Shown here piece after piece: positions 18,707-28,673 of a stretch of 64,000 bases of DNA (positions within the stretch are counted from its first letter, which is position 1; each line of letters starts with the position of its first letter). The notes under the pieces were generated by a model, which had not been told where the DNA came from, did not search any database, and was given only the letters and a program-made list of their open reading frames with translations. A program made the position numbers and the translations under genes. The DNA is from a virus (taxonomy: Duplodnaviria; Caudoviricetes): IMG/VR virus record IMGVR_UViG_3300043468_001158, one strand, 5' to 3'.

Positions 18707-19137
18707 GAAATTCGTTTTAGATGAATCTCAATACCTTCTGATATCGGTAAGACTCGTTTTCTTTTTACTTTAGTTTTATGATGGTCGGGATAATAAAAAA
18801 CTCGACCAACGACTCGAGCTATATTATTGATTGAGAATGTTTTATAGAAGGGGATTGCAACATTTGATAATCCCCTTTTAGCTAATTGCATACTAAACTG
18901 ATATTTTGCAGAAGCATCATAATACCAAAAGATAGCTTCAGAAACTAACTCTTGTGGCGAGATTCCCTGTTGAGGTATATTATTATCTAATACGAATGCT
19001 TTAACTTCAGTGTTAGTAATGTTATCGATTATGCAAGTAAATTCTTGTCGATTATATTCAACCATTGATAATAAATGTAGATTATCAAGAGTTTCAAGAT
19101 GGTCTATTATTAGAGGAGGAATTCGTTTCTTAGACAT
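18703..19137 (-). CDS. hypothetical protein
   Basis: Only minus-strand gene in the left half; AGGAAAT RBS on the minus strand; no competing + ORF. Confidence 0.7.
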   Translation of the reverse strand: MSKKRIPPLIIDHLETLDNLHLLSMVEYNRQEFTCIIDNITNTEVKAFVLDNNIPQQGISPQELVSEAIFWYYDASAKYQFSMQLAKRGLSNVAIPFYKTFSINNIARVVGRVFYYPDHHKTKVKRKRVLPISEGIEIHLKRIS

Positions 19138-19187
19138 ATATTAGTATTTCCTTATTTCAAAATTGTGAAGTAGTTACTGATAACCTA

Positions 19188-19216
19188 TTTACATTAGTTA
19201 GAAAATAATGTATAAT
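19188..19216 (+). promoter_or_regulatory. sigma70-like early promoter
   Basis: TTTACA-N17-TATAAT with TG before the -10. Confidence 0.7.
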
Positions 19217-19256
19217 TTATAATCTAAATAGGTTATTCTTAACTTCAAAAGGAAAC

Positions 19257-19730
19257 GTGTGTATGAGCGATACAAAAATCATGGAAAGCCCATCTTATGG
19301 TGAAGCAGTTTGGAGAAAGCTTGGTGTCATGAGTGTTATGACATTTGATGCCGGTAATAAAGAAGAATTTGATGCATGGGAAGAGGCTCATCCTAAACAT
19401 AACTTCGATTCAATGCAAGTCGTTAGAACAGATATCAATGGCATCTTTGAAGTATGGGTTCCATTGAAACGTGATAATAAAGAATGGGAATATAAAGGAA
19501 GAACTGTCTTATATCAAAGTATCAAGAAGGGCGATTATCCGGGTTCAGTATCAGATGCTCAACTTATCAAATGGTTCAAAAAAGCTGAACAATTTATGAT
19601 TGAAGTGAACGATGACATCATTGATGCAGCTTACGATGAAGTAGAAAAACAACAACATATCAAAGAAGCATCAAAATCTTCAAAACCTATTACTACTAAA
19701 CAATACCCTGCTAAGAAAGGATCAAAATAA
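19257..19730 (+). CDS. hypothetical protein
   Basis: AAGGAA RBS; likely start 19263. Confidence 0.65.
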   Translation: MCMSDTKIMESPSYGEAVWRKLGVMSVMTFDAGNKEEFDAWEEAHPKHNFDSMQVVRTDINGIFEVWVPLKRDNKEWEYKGRTVLYQSIKKGDYPGSVSDAQLIKWFKKAEQFMIEVNDDIIDAAYDEVEKQQHIKEASKSSKPITTKQYPAKKGSK

Positions 19731-20207
19731 ATGGCTATCATCTATTCTCTTGACATCAATTCGCTAAAACTATTACACTTTACTTCAACTGACCTTGATG
19801 ATTTAGACCACCCAAAAATGAAAGTATCTCATTGTGCTTCTTTATCTAAGTTCCAATTAGATGAACTTGCCAAAGACTATCCATTCAGTGATACCTATCA
19901 TACTAAAGGTCATGAAATCTATTCTGACATTCATCGTCATGATGATAAAGAAGCAAGACTTATCATCAAAGGAGAGTGTATGTTCTACATACCAGTAGAA
20001 CACGAGCTGATTGTCATCTTAGCTTTCGCTGGTGATTTGATAAAGATCGAGCCAAACGTCGACCATTGGTTTGCGACTGAAGGTGAATTGATGGCAGTTC
20101 GTTTCTTTTCTGATGAGCATGGGCATGTAGCGTTGAAGCCAAGTGTAAACAGAGCTGCAGTAAAAGCTCATCATCATTTTGAAAAAGGTTTTAACATTTC
20201 TTTTTGA
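19731..20207 (+). CDS. acireductone dioxygenase (ARD/MtnD)-like cupin
   Basis: HRHDDKEAR (HxHxxxE), G..MFY, GDLIKIEPNVDHWF, AVRFF. Confidence 0.75.
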   Translation: MAIIYSLDINSLKLLHFTSTDLDDLDHPKMKVSHCASLSKFQLDELAKDYPFSDTYHTKGHEIYSDIHRHDDKEARLIIKGECMFYIPVEHELIVILAFAGDLIKIEPNVDHWFATEGELMAVRFFSDEHGHVALKPSVNRAAVKAHHHFEKGFNISF

Positions 20208-20250
20208 TTGTGTTATAATAGACCTATAATCTAATAAAGAGGAACTAAAG

Positions 20251-22143
20251 ATGGAAAGTTATGAAATGTTGATTGGCCATAAAGAAGACTTGGACGAAGT
20301 ACGTCTTATTCAAGTTCTTCTAGAACTGGATGATGCATACTTCAACGGTGAAGAGCTTGTTGATGATGACAAGTACGACGAACTGAAACGTTATGCTGAA
20401 ATCACTTTTCCTGATAATGGGTACTTCAAAGCAGTTGGTTCTACAGTACGTGGAGCTGAAATCAAACATGCTAATCCTGTTGGTGGTTTGAACCAAATCC
20501 ACGAAGGCGAACTTCAAAAATCCTGGTTAACTAAACATCGTAAAAAACAACATGTAGTATCTGAAAAACTCGATGGTGCATCGGCTACACTTACATATGT
20601 TGGAGGTAAATTACGTTGTGCTGCTACTCGTGGTGATGGTGTCTATGGTAAAGACATCACCCGTCATGTATTGAACATTCCTAACATTCCAAAAGAAATC
20701 AGTTCAAATGACGTATTTGACATTCGTGGCGAGCTTATCATTCGTAAACTGAACTTTGAAGCAATCAAATTTGTACTGCTCAAAACAAAAGGTCGTGAAT
20801 ACAAAAATCTTCGCAATACTGTCAATGGTTTGTTGAATGCTAAAGATATCCCTGACCAAGCATACTGCTTCATCGAGTTTGTCGCATACGATATTTCCGG
20901 TTCTAAAACAGACAAAACTGCTCAGTTTGATAGACTTGATGAATTTGGTTTCCAAACACCAAAATACATGTATACGACGACTATTGTCGAAGAAATACTA
21001 ACTAACATTCTAAATCGCTTTCGTGAAGTTAGCTACTTTGAAATTGATGGTGTTGTTGGTGAACTTGATGCGTACGAAGACCGCAAAGACTTGTTCCCAA
21101 CGTTATCAGACCCAAATCCAAATTATGCATTCAAATGGAAAGTTGGTGCTGATGATAACTTAGCAATTGGACATGTCACTGGAGTCGAATGGAATATCTC
21201 TAAGCATGACCTGGCAAAACCTGTCGTATTGATTGAACCTGTTGATATCAATGGTATCACTGTGAAACGTTTGTCTGGCTTCAATGCAGCATTCATCTTC
21301 AATTCAGGTATTGGCCCGGGTGCTCAGGTCAAATTCACTCGCTCTGGTGATGTGATTCCTCACATCCTTGAAACGGTTGTCAGAGTAGAACCTCAAATGC
21401 CAGACATGGAGTGGGAATGGAACGAAACTGAAGTAGATGCGATTGTCATTGCTTCAACACCTGAAGCTCATCTACGTCGATTGACATACTTCTTTGCGAC
21501 ATTGAAAGTAGACAACTTGAAAGAAGCTTCATTGTCAAAGTTCATTGAAGCTGGTATCACTGACATCCAAGACATCATTGACACTCCGATTGAAGCTTGG
21601 GTTGAACTGCTTGGAAAGAACGGCGAGAAAGCATATAACAGTTTACATTCACGGTTGAATAGTGTAGAATTAGCTACATTGATGGGTGCATGGCCCTACT
21701 TTGGTAGAGGTTTTGGAACTCGCAAATCAAGAGCATTATTGTTAGGTGTTGTTGATTGGGCCGTTTGCACGATTGAAGAAATTGTCTTAGTAGAAGGTTT
21801 TAGTGTTAAGACTGCAGTGGTGTTCTTGAAAGGTCGTGAAAAGTTCAAATCTTTCAAAGAGTGGTTATTAGCTGCTCTGAATATTGATGTTATCATGCCA
21901 TCAACCACTCAAATTGAAGGACGATTGACCGGTCAAAGTTTCGCTTTTACTGGGGTTCGATTGAAAGATGCAGAAGCTCAACTGGAAAAGTTGGGTGCTA
22001 TCATTCATGATGGTGTCAAAAAAGGTACAACGTATTTAGTTGCAAAAGACCCTAATGCTTCAAGCAACAAGTTAGAAAAAGCTAGAAGTCAAGGAACAAA
22101 AGTTATTGGAATTGATGAACTACAACAAATTATTGAGGAGTAA
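20251..22143 (+). CDS. ligA: NAD-dependent DNA ligase
   Basis: Domain Ia (DDAYFN...DDKYDEL), EKLDG adenylation motif, TRGDG, EIDGVV, AFKW, RSGDVIP, BRCT (FAFTG); no obvious Cys4 zinc finger. Confidence 0.95.
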   Translation: MESYEMLIGHKEDLDEVRLIQVLLELDDAYFNGEELVDDDKYDELKRYAEITFPDNGYFKAVGSTVRGAEIKHANPVGGLNQIHEGELQKSWLTKHRKKQHVVSEKLDGASATLTYVGGKLRCAATRGDGVYGKDITRHVLNIPNIPKEISSNDVFDIRGELIIRKLNFEAIKFVLLKTKGREYKNLRNTVNGLLNAKDIPDQAYCFIEFVAYDISGSKTDKTAQFDRLDEFGFQTPKYMYTTTIVEEILTNILNRFREVSYFEIDGVVGELDAYEDRKDLFPTLSDPNPNYAFKWKVGADDNLAIGHVTGVEWNISKHDLAKPVVLIEPVDINGITVKRLSGFNAAFIFNSGIGPGAQVKFTRSGDVIPHILETVVRVEPQMPDMEWEWNETEVDAIVIASTPEAHLRRLTYFFATLKVDNLKEASLSKFIEAGITDIQDIIDTPIEAWVELLGKNGEKAYNSLHSRLNSVELATLMGAWPYFGRGFGTRKSRALLLGVVDWAVCTIEEIVLVEGFSVKTAVVFLKGREKFKSFKEWLLAALNIDVIMPSTTQIEGRLTGQSFAFTGVRLKDAEAQLEKLGAIIHDGVKKGTTYLVAKDPNASSNKLEKARSQGTKVIGIDELQQIIEE

Positions 22144-22148
22144 GAAAG

Positions 22149-22589
22149 ATGAGATTTTATGCACTGACCAATATGTACCTGTCCAGTATTCAAAACGGTA
22201 TTCAACCATTGCATGTTCTTGGCGAAATGTTTACTAAGTACACTGTAGAAAGTCCGCAAAAATCAGCTCTGTTTGATTGGGCAGAAAATCACAAGACTGT
22301 CATTGTACTGAATGGTGGTACTACTGACGATTTGATGTATGCTGGTGAAATCATTGCTCAAAGTGGAATGCCTTATGCTTCGTTCTATGAACCTGGAATT
22401 AGCAATGCTTTGACAAGTATTGGTGTTATTGTTCCCGAATTGTGTTATAATAACAAAGTAGACGATGTATCAATTCCAATTCAATCTATCTTTGACTACA
22501 TCGCCAGAAAATCTATCATTGAAAACGAATTTACCGAAGAAGAACTTGCACTGATGGAACTTCTTCAATCTTTGCCACTTGCTAAATAG
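22149..22589 (+). CDS. PTH2-like peptidyl-tRNA hydrolase fold protein
   Basis: YALTNMYLSSIQNGIQPLH, WAENHKTVIVLNGG, FYEP..SNALTSIG fit the phage PTH2-like pattern. Confidence 0.5.
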   Translation: MRFYALTNMYLSSIQNGIQPLHVLGEMFTKYTVESPQKSALFDWAENHKTVIVLNGGTTDDLMYAGEIIAQSGMPYASFYEPGISNALTSIGVIVPELCYNNKVDDVSIPIQSIFDYIARKSIIENEFTEEELALMELLQSLPLAK

Positions 22590-22602
22590 GAAGTAACATA
22601 AG

Positions 22603-22806
22603 ATGATTGAACAAATGACCGAAGAAGCAAACAACATATACAATAGCTTAGTTATTGATGTATTCAAAAAGCTAAAAGTATTACCTATTGAACAGCAAGC
22701 TTTAGTGCTCCAAACACTTTTCAATAAAGTTGAAAAAGAATTTAGGGTTGCGGCTGAAGGTGCTTACCAAACACTGGAGAGAGTTTCAAAAAATGAAAAT
22801 CAATAA
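22603..22806 (+). CDS. small hypothetical protein
   Basis: AGGAAG RBS. Confidence 0.55.
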   Translation: MIEQMTEEANNIYNSLVIDVFKKLKVLPIEQQALVLQTLFNKVEKEFRVAAEGAYQTLERVSKNENQ

Positions 22807-23653
22807 AACTATTACTCATTTTCGACTGATGTCTGATTTGCATGTCGAATTTACTGAGTATCTTGATGTTGTAGAACTGAATGAAGACCATACTTCCCTG
22901 CTGATTTTGGCCGGTGATTTTCATGTCGGTTCGAAAGGTGTCATTTATCTTGAACAACTTGCAAAACAGTTTAGTCATATCATTTATGTTCTAGGAAACC
23001 ACGAGCATTACAAACAAAACATTGAATATACTCAATCAAAAATAGAAGATGAATTGAAAACCATCTTCTTTGGACGTGAATGCAATATCACTGTTGTCGG
23101 CGATATCCCTGAACTAATCGAGTTTGATAACTTGCGAGTATTGGCTGGAACATTATGGACTGATATGAATGGTTCTGACCCGCTAACAAAAATGCAAGTA
23201 GCAGACTATTTGAATGATTATCATATCATCAGAAATGGCACACGCAAGCTCATTCCAGATGATACAATAGCTACATTCCATCAAACAGTTGAAAAGTTTG
23301 GTCAGTGGTTATCAGTACCATTTGAACAAGGTCCTACCGTAGTTGTAACGCATCACTTACCATCTCAAGGTGCAGTTGACCCAAGATATCAATCTGAAGA
23401 TAATTACAGATTGAATGGTGGGTATCGTTCAGACTTGGATGACTTCATTCATAGACATCAACCAAACTATTGGTGTTTTGGACATTCTCATTCAACTACT
23501 GATAAATTACTTGGTGAATCAAGATTGATTAGTAATCCGCGTGGATATCCTAGTCGTAATAAAACGAAATTCAAAATGACTGATGAATTGATTGATACTG
23601 AAGATTTTGAAAACCCAACTTTTGACCCGTTATTTCGTATAGCGGTTGTTTGA
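22793..23653 (+). CDS. calcineurin-like metallophosphoesterase
   Basis: SDLH, AGDF, GNHEH, THHLP, FGHSH; start ATG 22793 after GGAGAG. Confidence 0.9.
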   Translation: MKINKTITHFRLMSDLHVEFTEYLDVVELNEDHTSLLILAGDFHVGSKGVIYLEQLAKQFSHIIYVLGNHEHYKQNIEYTQSKIEDELKTIFFGRECNITVVGDIPELIEFDNLRVLAGTLWTDMNGSDPLTKMQVADYLNDYHIIRNGTRKLIPDDTIATFHQTVEKFGQWLSVPFEQGPTVVVTHHLPSQGAVDPRYQSEDNYRLNGGYRSDLDDFIHRHQPNYWCFGHSHSTTDKLLGESRLISNPRGYPSRNKTKFKMTDELIDTEDFENPTFDPLFRIAVV

Positions 23654-23724
23654 AGTATGCAATAAAAACAGCTGAATAACGCTGATACATAAACCCTAAA
23701 ATTATATCTTACGGAGAAGTAAAG

Positions 23725-23988
23725 ATGAGTGAAAATTACGAACAATCTTTTTATGCAGTTTTGAACCAAGACACTGGTGAATACTTTGCTGGATTCAATC
23801 CTGAAGCAGGTAAAGCCGAAACTTCAACATCACCAATGGGTGCTAAACTGTTTAGCAACAAACATGATGTGAAACTGCGTCCAAATGAATCTTTGGTGGA
23901 AGTGACAGTATCGTTGAATAAAGACAATACTCAAATTTCTGAACCATTCCGCCCAAGACGTCGCGAAAAGAAAGTTATAACGAAATAA
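23725..23988 (+). CDS. hypothetical protein
   Basis: GGAGA RBS. Confidence 0.65.
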   Translation: MSENYEQSFYAVLNQDTGEYFAGFNPEAGKAETSTSPMGAKLFSNKHDVKLRPNESLVEVTVSLNKDNTQISEPFRPRRREKKVITK

Positions 23989-24020
23989 ATGCTTCAAAGC
24001 TAGTTCCATAGATAATAGTA

Positions 24021-24047
24021 TGGAGAGGGGATTATTCTCCCTCTCCA
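24021..24047. terminator. intergenic hairpin, possible terminator
   Basis: TGGAGAGGG / CCCTCTCCA 9-bp stem; no clear U-tract. Confidence 0.4.
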
Positions 24048-24083
24048 TTACTAATATGAACTTTATATGGAGATTGTACTGTT

Positions 24084-24278
24084 ATGGTTTTTGAACGTAT
24101 TGAAGCTAATACCCTTTATGATTTATCTGTCAAAATAGATGATTACCTTCGCCAATACGACCCGCGATTGTTTGATACAGATATTGCCGAACTAAAACAA
24201 GACAAACGAACTAATGAATGGTTCACAACAATTACACGACATGGAGAGTTACTAAATGAAGCTAAACGAATTGTTTGA
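24084..24278 (+). CDS. small hypothetical protein
   Basis: GGAGA RBS. Confidence 0.55.
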   Translation: MVFERIEANTLYDLSVKIDDYLRQYDPRLFDTDIAELKQDKRTNEWFTTITRHGELLNEAKRIV

Positions 24279-24597
24279 TGTTAGTGGTAAATCACTAACA
24301 CTAAAAGATGTCAAAAATACTGAAGGTTTAGCAAAAAAACTTCATACCTCAGTAGAAGAACTCAAGAAATATTCTAATCAAGAATTGCTAACAATATTGC
24401 AAAATATTGGTTATCATGATTTTGAAGATAATAATCAATTTGATAAGAAAGAGCTTGAACTTGGTATAAAAATAGAACGAGAGCATACTAATAGTGATTT
24501 AGTTGCGCGACTTATTGCACTTGATCACCTTTCAGAAATGCCCGATTACTATACTCACTTAGAAAAGATGGAGAAAGATGCAACTTCAAAAAGGTGA
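24256..24597 (+). CDS. DUF5661-like protein
   Basis: ELELGIKIEREHT...IALDHLSEMPDYYTHL. Confidence 0.65.
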   Translation: MKLNELFDVSGKSLTLKDVKNTEGLAKKLHTSVEELKKYSNQELLTILQNIGYHDFEDNNQFDKKELELGIKIEREHTNSDLVARLIALDHLSEMPDYYTHLEKMEKDATSKR

Positions 24598-24811
24598 TAC
24601 CGTATATGCTAAAGAAGAAATCATTATGCCAGCTGATAATGATGCTGGACATCCTGCATTTGTTCTTGCAAGAAAAGATGAAGAATTGATTGTAGTCGAA
24701 ATAAAACAAATGCCAGAAATAAGCGAATGGCCGTATAGAGTATTGAATACTCTAAATGAAACTTTTTGGACCAATAAATCTGAGGTAGAAAAACGTGGTG
24801 AAAATCAATAA
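24578..24811 (+). CDS. hypothetical protein
   Basis: GGAGA RBS. Confidence 0.55.
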   Translation: MQLQKGDTVYAKEEIIMPADNDAGHPAFVLARKDEELIVVEIKQMPEISEWPYRVLNTLNETFWTNKSEVEKRGENQ

Positions 24812-25142
24812 GAAAGATATTCTAATGAAAAATGTTTATGCATATCATAATGGTCCGATGTTATTTTCTGCTACATACAAAGGTCATGATTATTTGCTGC
24901 TTCCATTAGACCCAATGGTTTCTGAAGGTCGTTATCTTGTGTGTTACAACGAAATGTTTTCTGTTGATACTATTCATGACAGTTCTGAAGAAGCTGTTCA
25001 TATGTTCATAAAGACGAGTTCTTTATGGATTACTGAATACGATGAAAGTAATAAAGTCAAAGCATATCCTGTCAAATTTGAAGACCTTCCATCTGATTGT
25101 CTTCCACTATGGCCATTCATCACTGGTGTCAAAACCCAATGA
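24795..25142 (+). CDS. hypothetical protein
   Basis: ATGA-coupled to the next gene. Confidence 0.6.
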   Translation: MVKINKKDILMKNVYAYHNGPMLFSATYKGHDYLLLPLDPMVSEGRYLVCYNEMFSVDTIHDSSEEAVHMFIKTSSLWITEYDESNKVKAYPVKFEDLPSDCLPLWPFITGVKTQ

Positions 25143-25813
25143 GCAATTCAACACCTCCTCCATCAGACAAAATTGTCAATTTAGAAGAGTTCAGAGCAAT
25201 TGCTCACGCTGAAGAAGTTTCAGGTCTAAGTCGTAATACTTCACTATTCATTCAAGCAATGATTGAAGCATTTGCTCAATCAGCAGTTATTCATAATGGC
25301 TTTGTTGTAAAATCCGGTGAAAGAGCTCTAAAAGGTTTAGAGCCGCATCCGTGTTTCAATGCGGTTTGCTCTTCACATAGCACTGAACCAACACGTCATA
25401 ACTTCTGTAAGCAACAGTCTAATTGTTGGGGATGTTCATTTCAAATGACTTCACCTCCACCATCTGAACTGAACTATGATGAGTATATGCCAAATCATCA
25501 AGAAGCTTTAGACTTACTTGAAGCTAACGGTTTGCTCAATGGCCCAATACAAGAGTCAATTGATGCTGCTCAAAAGTATTATCTTGACAAACCTAAAAAC
25601 TTCAATGAACGAATGGAAACTGAAGTCAATGGATTGCCGATGTGGAAAATTGAACGTTGTATAAAGAATGCTTTTGACGAAATCATCACTGATGAACATG
25701 TCGAAGAAAAGCAACGTGAAATCCTCTACTATTGGGATACTATCATTTCCCGTATCGCTCTAACAGAAATTGAAAAAGCTTTAGGTATTTTTCCAAATAT
25801 CAAACTCCGCTAA
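25139..25813 (+). CDS. hypothetical protein with a Cys/His-rich segment
   Basis: Likely start ATG 25139; HPCFNAVC...HNFC...CWGC. Confidence 0.6.
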   Translation: MSNSTPPPSDKIVNLEEFRAIAHAEEVSGLSRNTSLFIQAMIEAFAQSAVIHNGFVVKSGERALKGLEPHPCFNAVCSSHSTEPTRHNFCKQQSNCWGCSFQMTSPPPSELNYDEYMPNHQEALDLLEANGLLNGPIQESIDAAQKYYLDKPKNFNERMETEVNGLPMWKIERCIKNAFDEIITDEHVEEKQREILYYWDTIISRIALTEIEKALGIFPNIKLR

Positions 25814-25888
25814 CTTTGTAATAATATTGTAACATTGACCTGATATAGTAATCCTTTCTAACTTTACTGTAAAAGAGGATTACTATAC

Positions 25889-27361
25889 ATGAAATCTTTA
25901 TCAATTGCTACTTCTTTAGTAGCAGCTTTATCTATTGCCTCCGCCAACCAATGTTATGCTTTAGAACTTTATGTTGATAAAGCAACTCAACAAATCTATG
26001 CTGAACCTGGTCCTAATCGTGAAAAGCTCGGTTCTTTCGAAAAAACTGAAGATGTATCTAAAGATGTTGCATCAATCAAACAAGACCTTGAACTAAAAGC
26101 TAATGAACTAAAAGCTCTTGAAGAACATGTCGTTGCGACTCGTGAAGACAAAGCTAAGAATGATGAAAAGTGGTTCAACAAAATCAATATTAGGGGTTAT
26201 ACGCAAATGCGATATAATCAACCACTCAATAGCAATCATCCAACAGATGATGATCCTAAAAACGGTGGAGAAGCGTCTGAAGTAAAGTCTCCAGGCGATA
26301 GTTCTATTGGAGATAATTCCAGCTTTTCTTTGAGACGTGCGCGTCTTGTCTTTTCTGGAGATATTACTGAATATGTCTCTATGTATCTTCAAACTGATTT
26401 TGCTTCATCAAATGGTGATTTACATTTTGCTCAATTACGTGATGCTTATTTTGACTTGCATTTTGATAAAGCTCATGAATATCGAGTTCGCGCTGGTCAA
26501 TCTAAAGTACCATTTGGTTGGGAAAATCTACAATCATCTCAAAATCGTTTAGCACTTGACCGTGATGATGCATTGAATAGCGCAGTGCCAAGCGAACGTG
26601 ATTTAGGATTATTTGCATATTGGACTCCATCCGATGTTCAAGCTCTTTGGAAAGGGTTGAGTAAAAAAGGTTTGAAAACTTCTGGTGATTATGGTGTGTT
26701 AGGATTTGGTGTTTATAATGGCCAAGGAACAAATAAAGCAGAAGCTAATGACAATCTTCATATGGTATTACATTCAACCTATCCATTCAAGTTAGGTTTC
26801 ATAGGTATGCCAGAGCAAGTTGTTGAGGTTGGTGTTGATGCTATGACTGGTCGTTATAACAAAAAGCCTGAAGAATACATGTATGAAGGCAAAAAGAAAA
26901 CTCCAAAAGCAGATAAAGGTTCTAAAAATGACAATGCTGAAGATAGGGTAGCTGTTCATGCTGTATTATTTCCACAACCATTCGGATTACAAACTGAATG
27001 GACTTGGGGAGCAGGTTCAACGCTAAATCCTGAAACTAACACAATGGGCCGTGAAGGATTGAACGGTGGATATGTTCAAGCAATGTACAAGTTTGATAAA
27101 TTGATTTTGCCTAATGACTCAATGATGCCGTATATCAAATGGCAAACATATGAAGGTGCATGGAAAGCTGCTACTAATGCTCCAAAAGAAAGCGTCAATG
27201 AAATTGAAGCTGGTGTCGAATATCAATTCAATAAAGCGGTTGAACTAACAGTTGCATACGCTCATATGGACAGAACCAACATAGCAAAAGCTACAAGTTC
27301 TGACTTCTTGAAGCAGGCTACTGGAGATATGATAAGAACTCAACTTCAAGTAAATTATTGA
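25889..27361 (+). CDS. phosphate-selective porin O/P family outer-membrane protein
   Basis: Signal peptide (..ANQCYA|LELY), periplasmic coiled coil, IRGYTQMRY, FSLRRARLVFSG, LRDAYFD, GQSKVPFGWENLQSS, C-terminal QVNY aromatic. Confidence 0.82.
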   Translation: MKSLSIATSLVAALSIASANQCYALELYVDKATQQIYAEPGPNREKLGSFEKTEDVSKDVASIKQDLELKANELKALEEHVVATREDKAKNDEKWFNKINIRGYTQMRYNQPLNSNHPTDDDPKNGGEASEVKSPGDSSIGDNSSFSLRRARLVFSGDITEYVSMYLQTDFASSNGDLHFAQLRDAYFDLHFDKAHEYRVRAGQSKVPFGWENLQSSQNRLALDRDDALNSAVPSERDLGLFAYWTPSDVQALWKGLSKKGLKTSGDYGVLGFGVYNGQGTNKAEANDNLHMVLHSTYPFKLGFIGMPEQVVEVGVDAMTGRYNKKPEEYMYEGKKKTPKADKGSKNDNAEDRVAVHAVLFPQPFGLQTEWTWGAGSTLNPETNTMGREGLNGGYVQAMYKFDKLILPNDSMMPYIKWQTYEGAWKAATNAPKESVNEIEAGVEYQFNKAVELTVAYAHMDRTNIAKATSSDFLKQATGDMIRTQLQVNY

Positions 27362-27390
27362 TTTACATTTGCTACAGCCTGTGGTATAAT
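27362..27390 (+). promoter_or_regulatory. sigma70-like early promoter
   Basis: TTTACA-N17-TATAAT. Confidence 0.7.
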
Positions 27391-27547
27391 TGTTCAAAGT
27401 TTAGGGAACTAGATTGATATTACGCGTAGGTGGCTCGGTCATTTATTGCTTTCATGTGGTTTGCTAGCAACTACTGTATCAATGACATCATATGTTATGA
27501 TACGTTCCATCTAAACTTTCATAATTCTAGAGAGGAGATATTACACG

Positions 27548-28069
27548 ATGCCACTAATCATTCAACACATTGACAAAATCGCTCGCGATAAAGGCCGTGA
27601 TGTATTAATGCTTTACTTTACTCACGTGTTATTAACGATTGAAAACGTCAAAAAATACAAGGAAGCTTACAGAAGACACTTTCAAAGGTACTATGGGTTT
27701 ACTGATCAATATGGCAACAAACTTGGTCGGTCTTATTACTTTGAAGCTATTGAAGATTATCATGATAATCCTTCACGGCAAACTGTTATTGATTGGTTAG
27801 ATGCCAATCATATCTATTGGTGCCCATGTGGTGAAGTAGCATCTGAAAATGGATGGAACTCTTATGCTGGTCAAATCTACATTGATATTCCATTCGATGT
27901 CAACAATACACAATACCAAAAACTTGCTGAGTTTATTCAAGAAGACGAACATGGATTTAGTCAAAAGTTTGATATAGTTCAGTTTTGTTATTTGCCATTA
28001 GAAAAAGCAATGGAAAATGCTCATCATGATGAACCTGGATTTTGGGAGCGTTGGGCAGAGAACTTTTGA
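27548..28069 (+). CDS. hypothetical protein
   Basis: GAGGAG RBS. Confidence 0.7.
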   Translation: MPLIIQHIDKIARDKGRDVLMLYFTHVLLTIENVKKYKEAYRRHFQRYYGFTDQYGNKLGRSYYFEAIEDYHDNPSRQTVIDWLDANHIYWCPCGEVASENGWNSYAGQIYIDIPFDVNNTQYQKLAEFIQEDEHGFSQKFDIVQFCYLPLEKAMENAHHDEPGFWERWAENF

Positions 28070-28112
28070 TAAATAGACATATTAGCCAACCCTCATTATT
28101 CAAAATTATAAT

Positions 28113-28601
28113 ATGTCTATACTACAAGAACTTTTAGAAACCAGAGAACAAGAAGTGTTGCTCGAACGAGTTGACCATATGTTAGACGGTTTGAGAACTC
28201 ATTTTTCAAATGAAAACAATTCAGACCCTGTCAAAGTGTTTAGCTCGTCTGACTTAGAAGAAACTGCTTTTCAATTAGCAGGATTGAACTTCATCTTAGA
28301 CCAGAAAAAAGACATAGGTAATAAGATACCTGAATTTGGGGATTTCAATAAGCTTCATAAGTTTTTGAATGAGCTTGATGAACCACGTGAAAGAAAGTTG
28401 TTCAATGATAGAACACAAACTGCCGGTGAGTTCTTGACATTCATAGGTCATAAGTATGAGAGTTCTACAGGTAAAAGTTTGTTGAAGACTTTATCTGCAT
28501 TGAAGAAACGCGAAGGTATTGCATCTAACAGTCATACCATTGCTTCATTTGTTGGTAAGCTTGAAAGAAAACTTGCGGATTTTATGAAATCTGTTAGGTA
28601 G
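28113..28601 (+). CDS. hypothetical late protein, paralog of 34494..35117
   Basis: LLERVDHML...FQLAGLNFI vs LVERVDKLL...TQLAGLQLL; GATAAATA late-promoter variant at 28068-28075. Confidence 0.7.
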   Translation: MSILQELLETREQEVLLERVDHMLDGLRTHFSNENNSDPVKVFSSSDLEETAFQLAGLNFILDQKKDIGNKIPEFGDFNKLHKFLNELDEPRERKLFNDRTQTAGEFLTFIGHKYESSTGKSLLKTLSALKKREGIASNSHTIASFVGKLERKLADFMKSVR

Positions 28602-28616
28602 TTATCAAAACAATAG

Positions 28617-28645
28617 TTTACATTTGATGTAGACTGTGATATGAT
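28617..28645 (+). promoter_or_regulatory. sigma70-like promoter
   Basis: TTTACA-N17-TATGAT. Confidence 0.55.
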
Positions 28646-28673
28646 ATATCCATATTATAAAGAGGAGGTTCTT

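Noticed and set aside
27412-27514. Possible 34-codon membrane peptide (IDITRRWLGHLLLSCGLLATTVSMTSYVMIRSI*) after the 27362 promoter
   Set aside because: No canonical start at a suitable distance from the RBS; cannot be supported from sequence alone.
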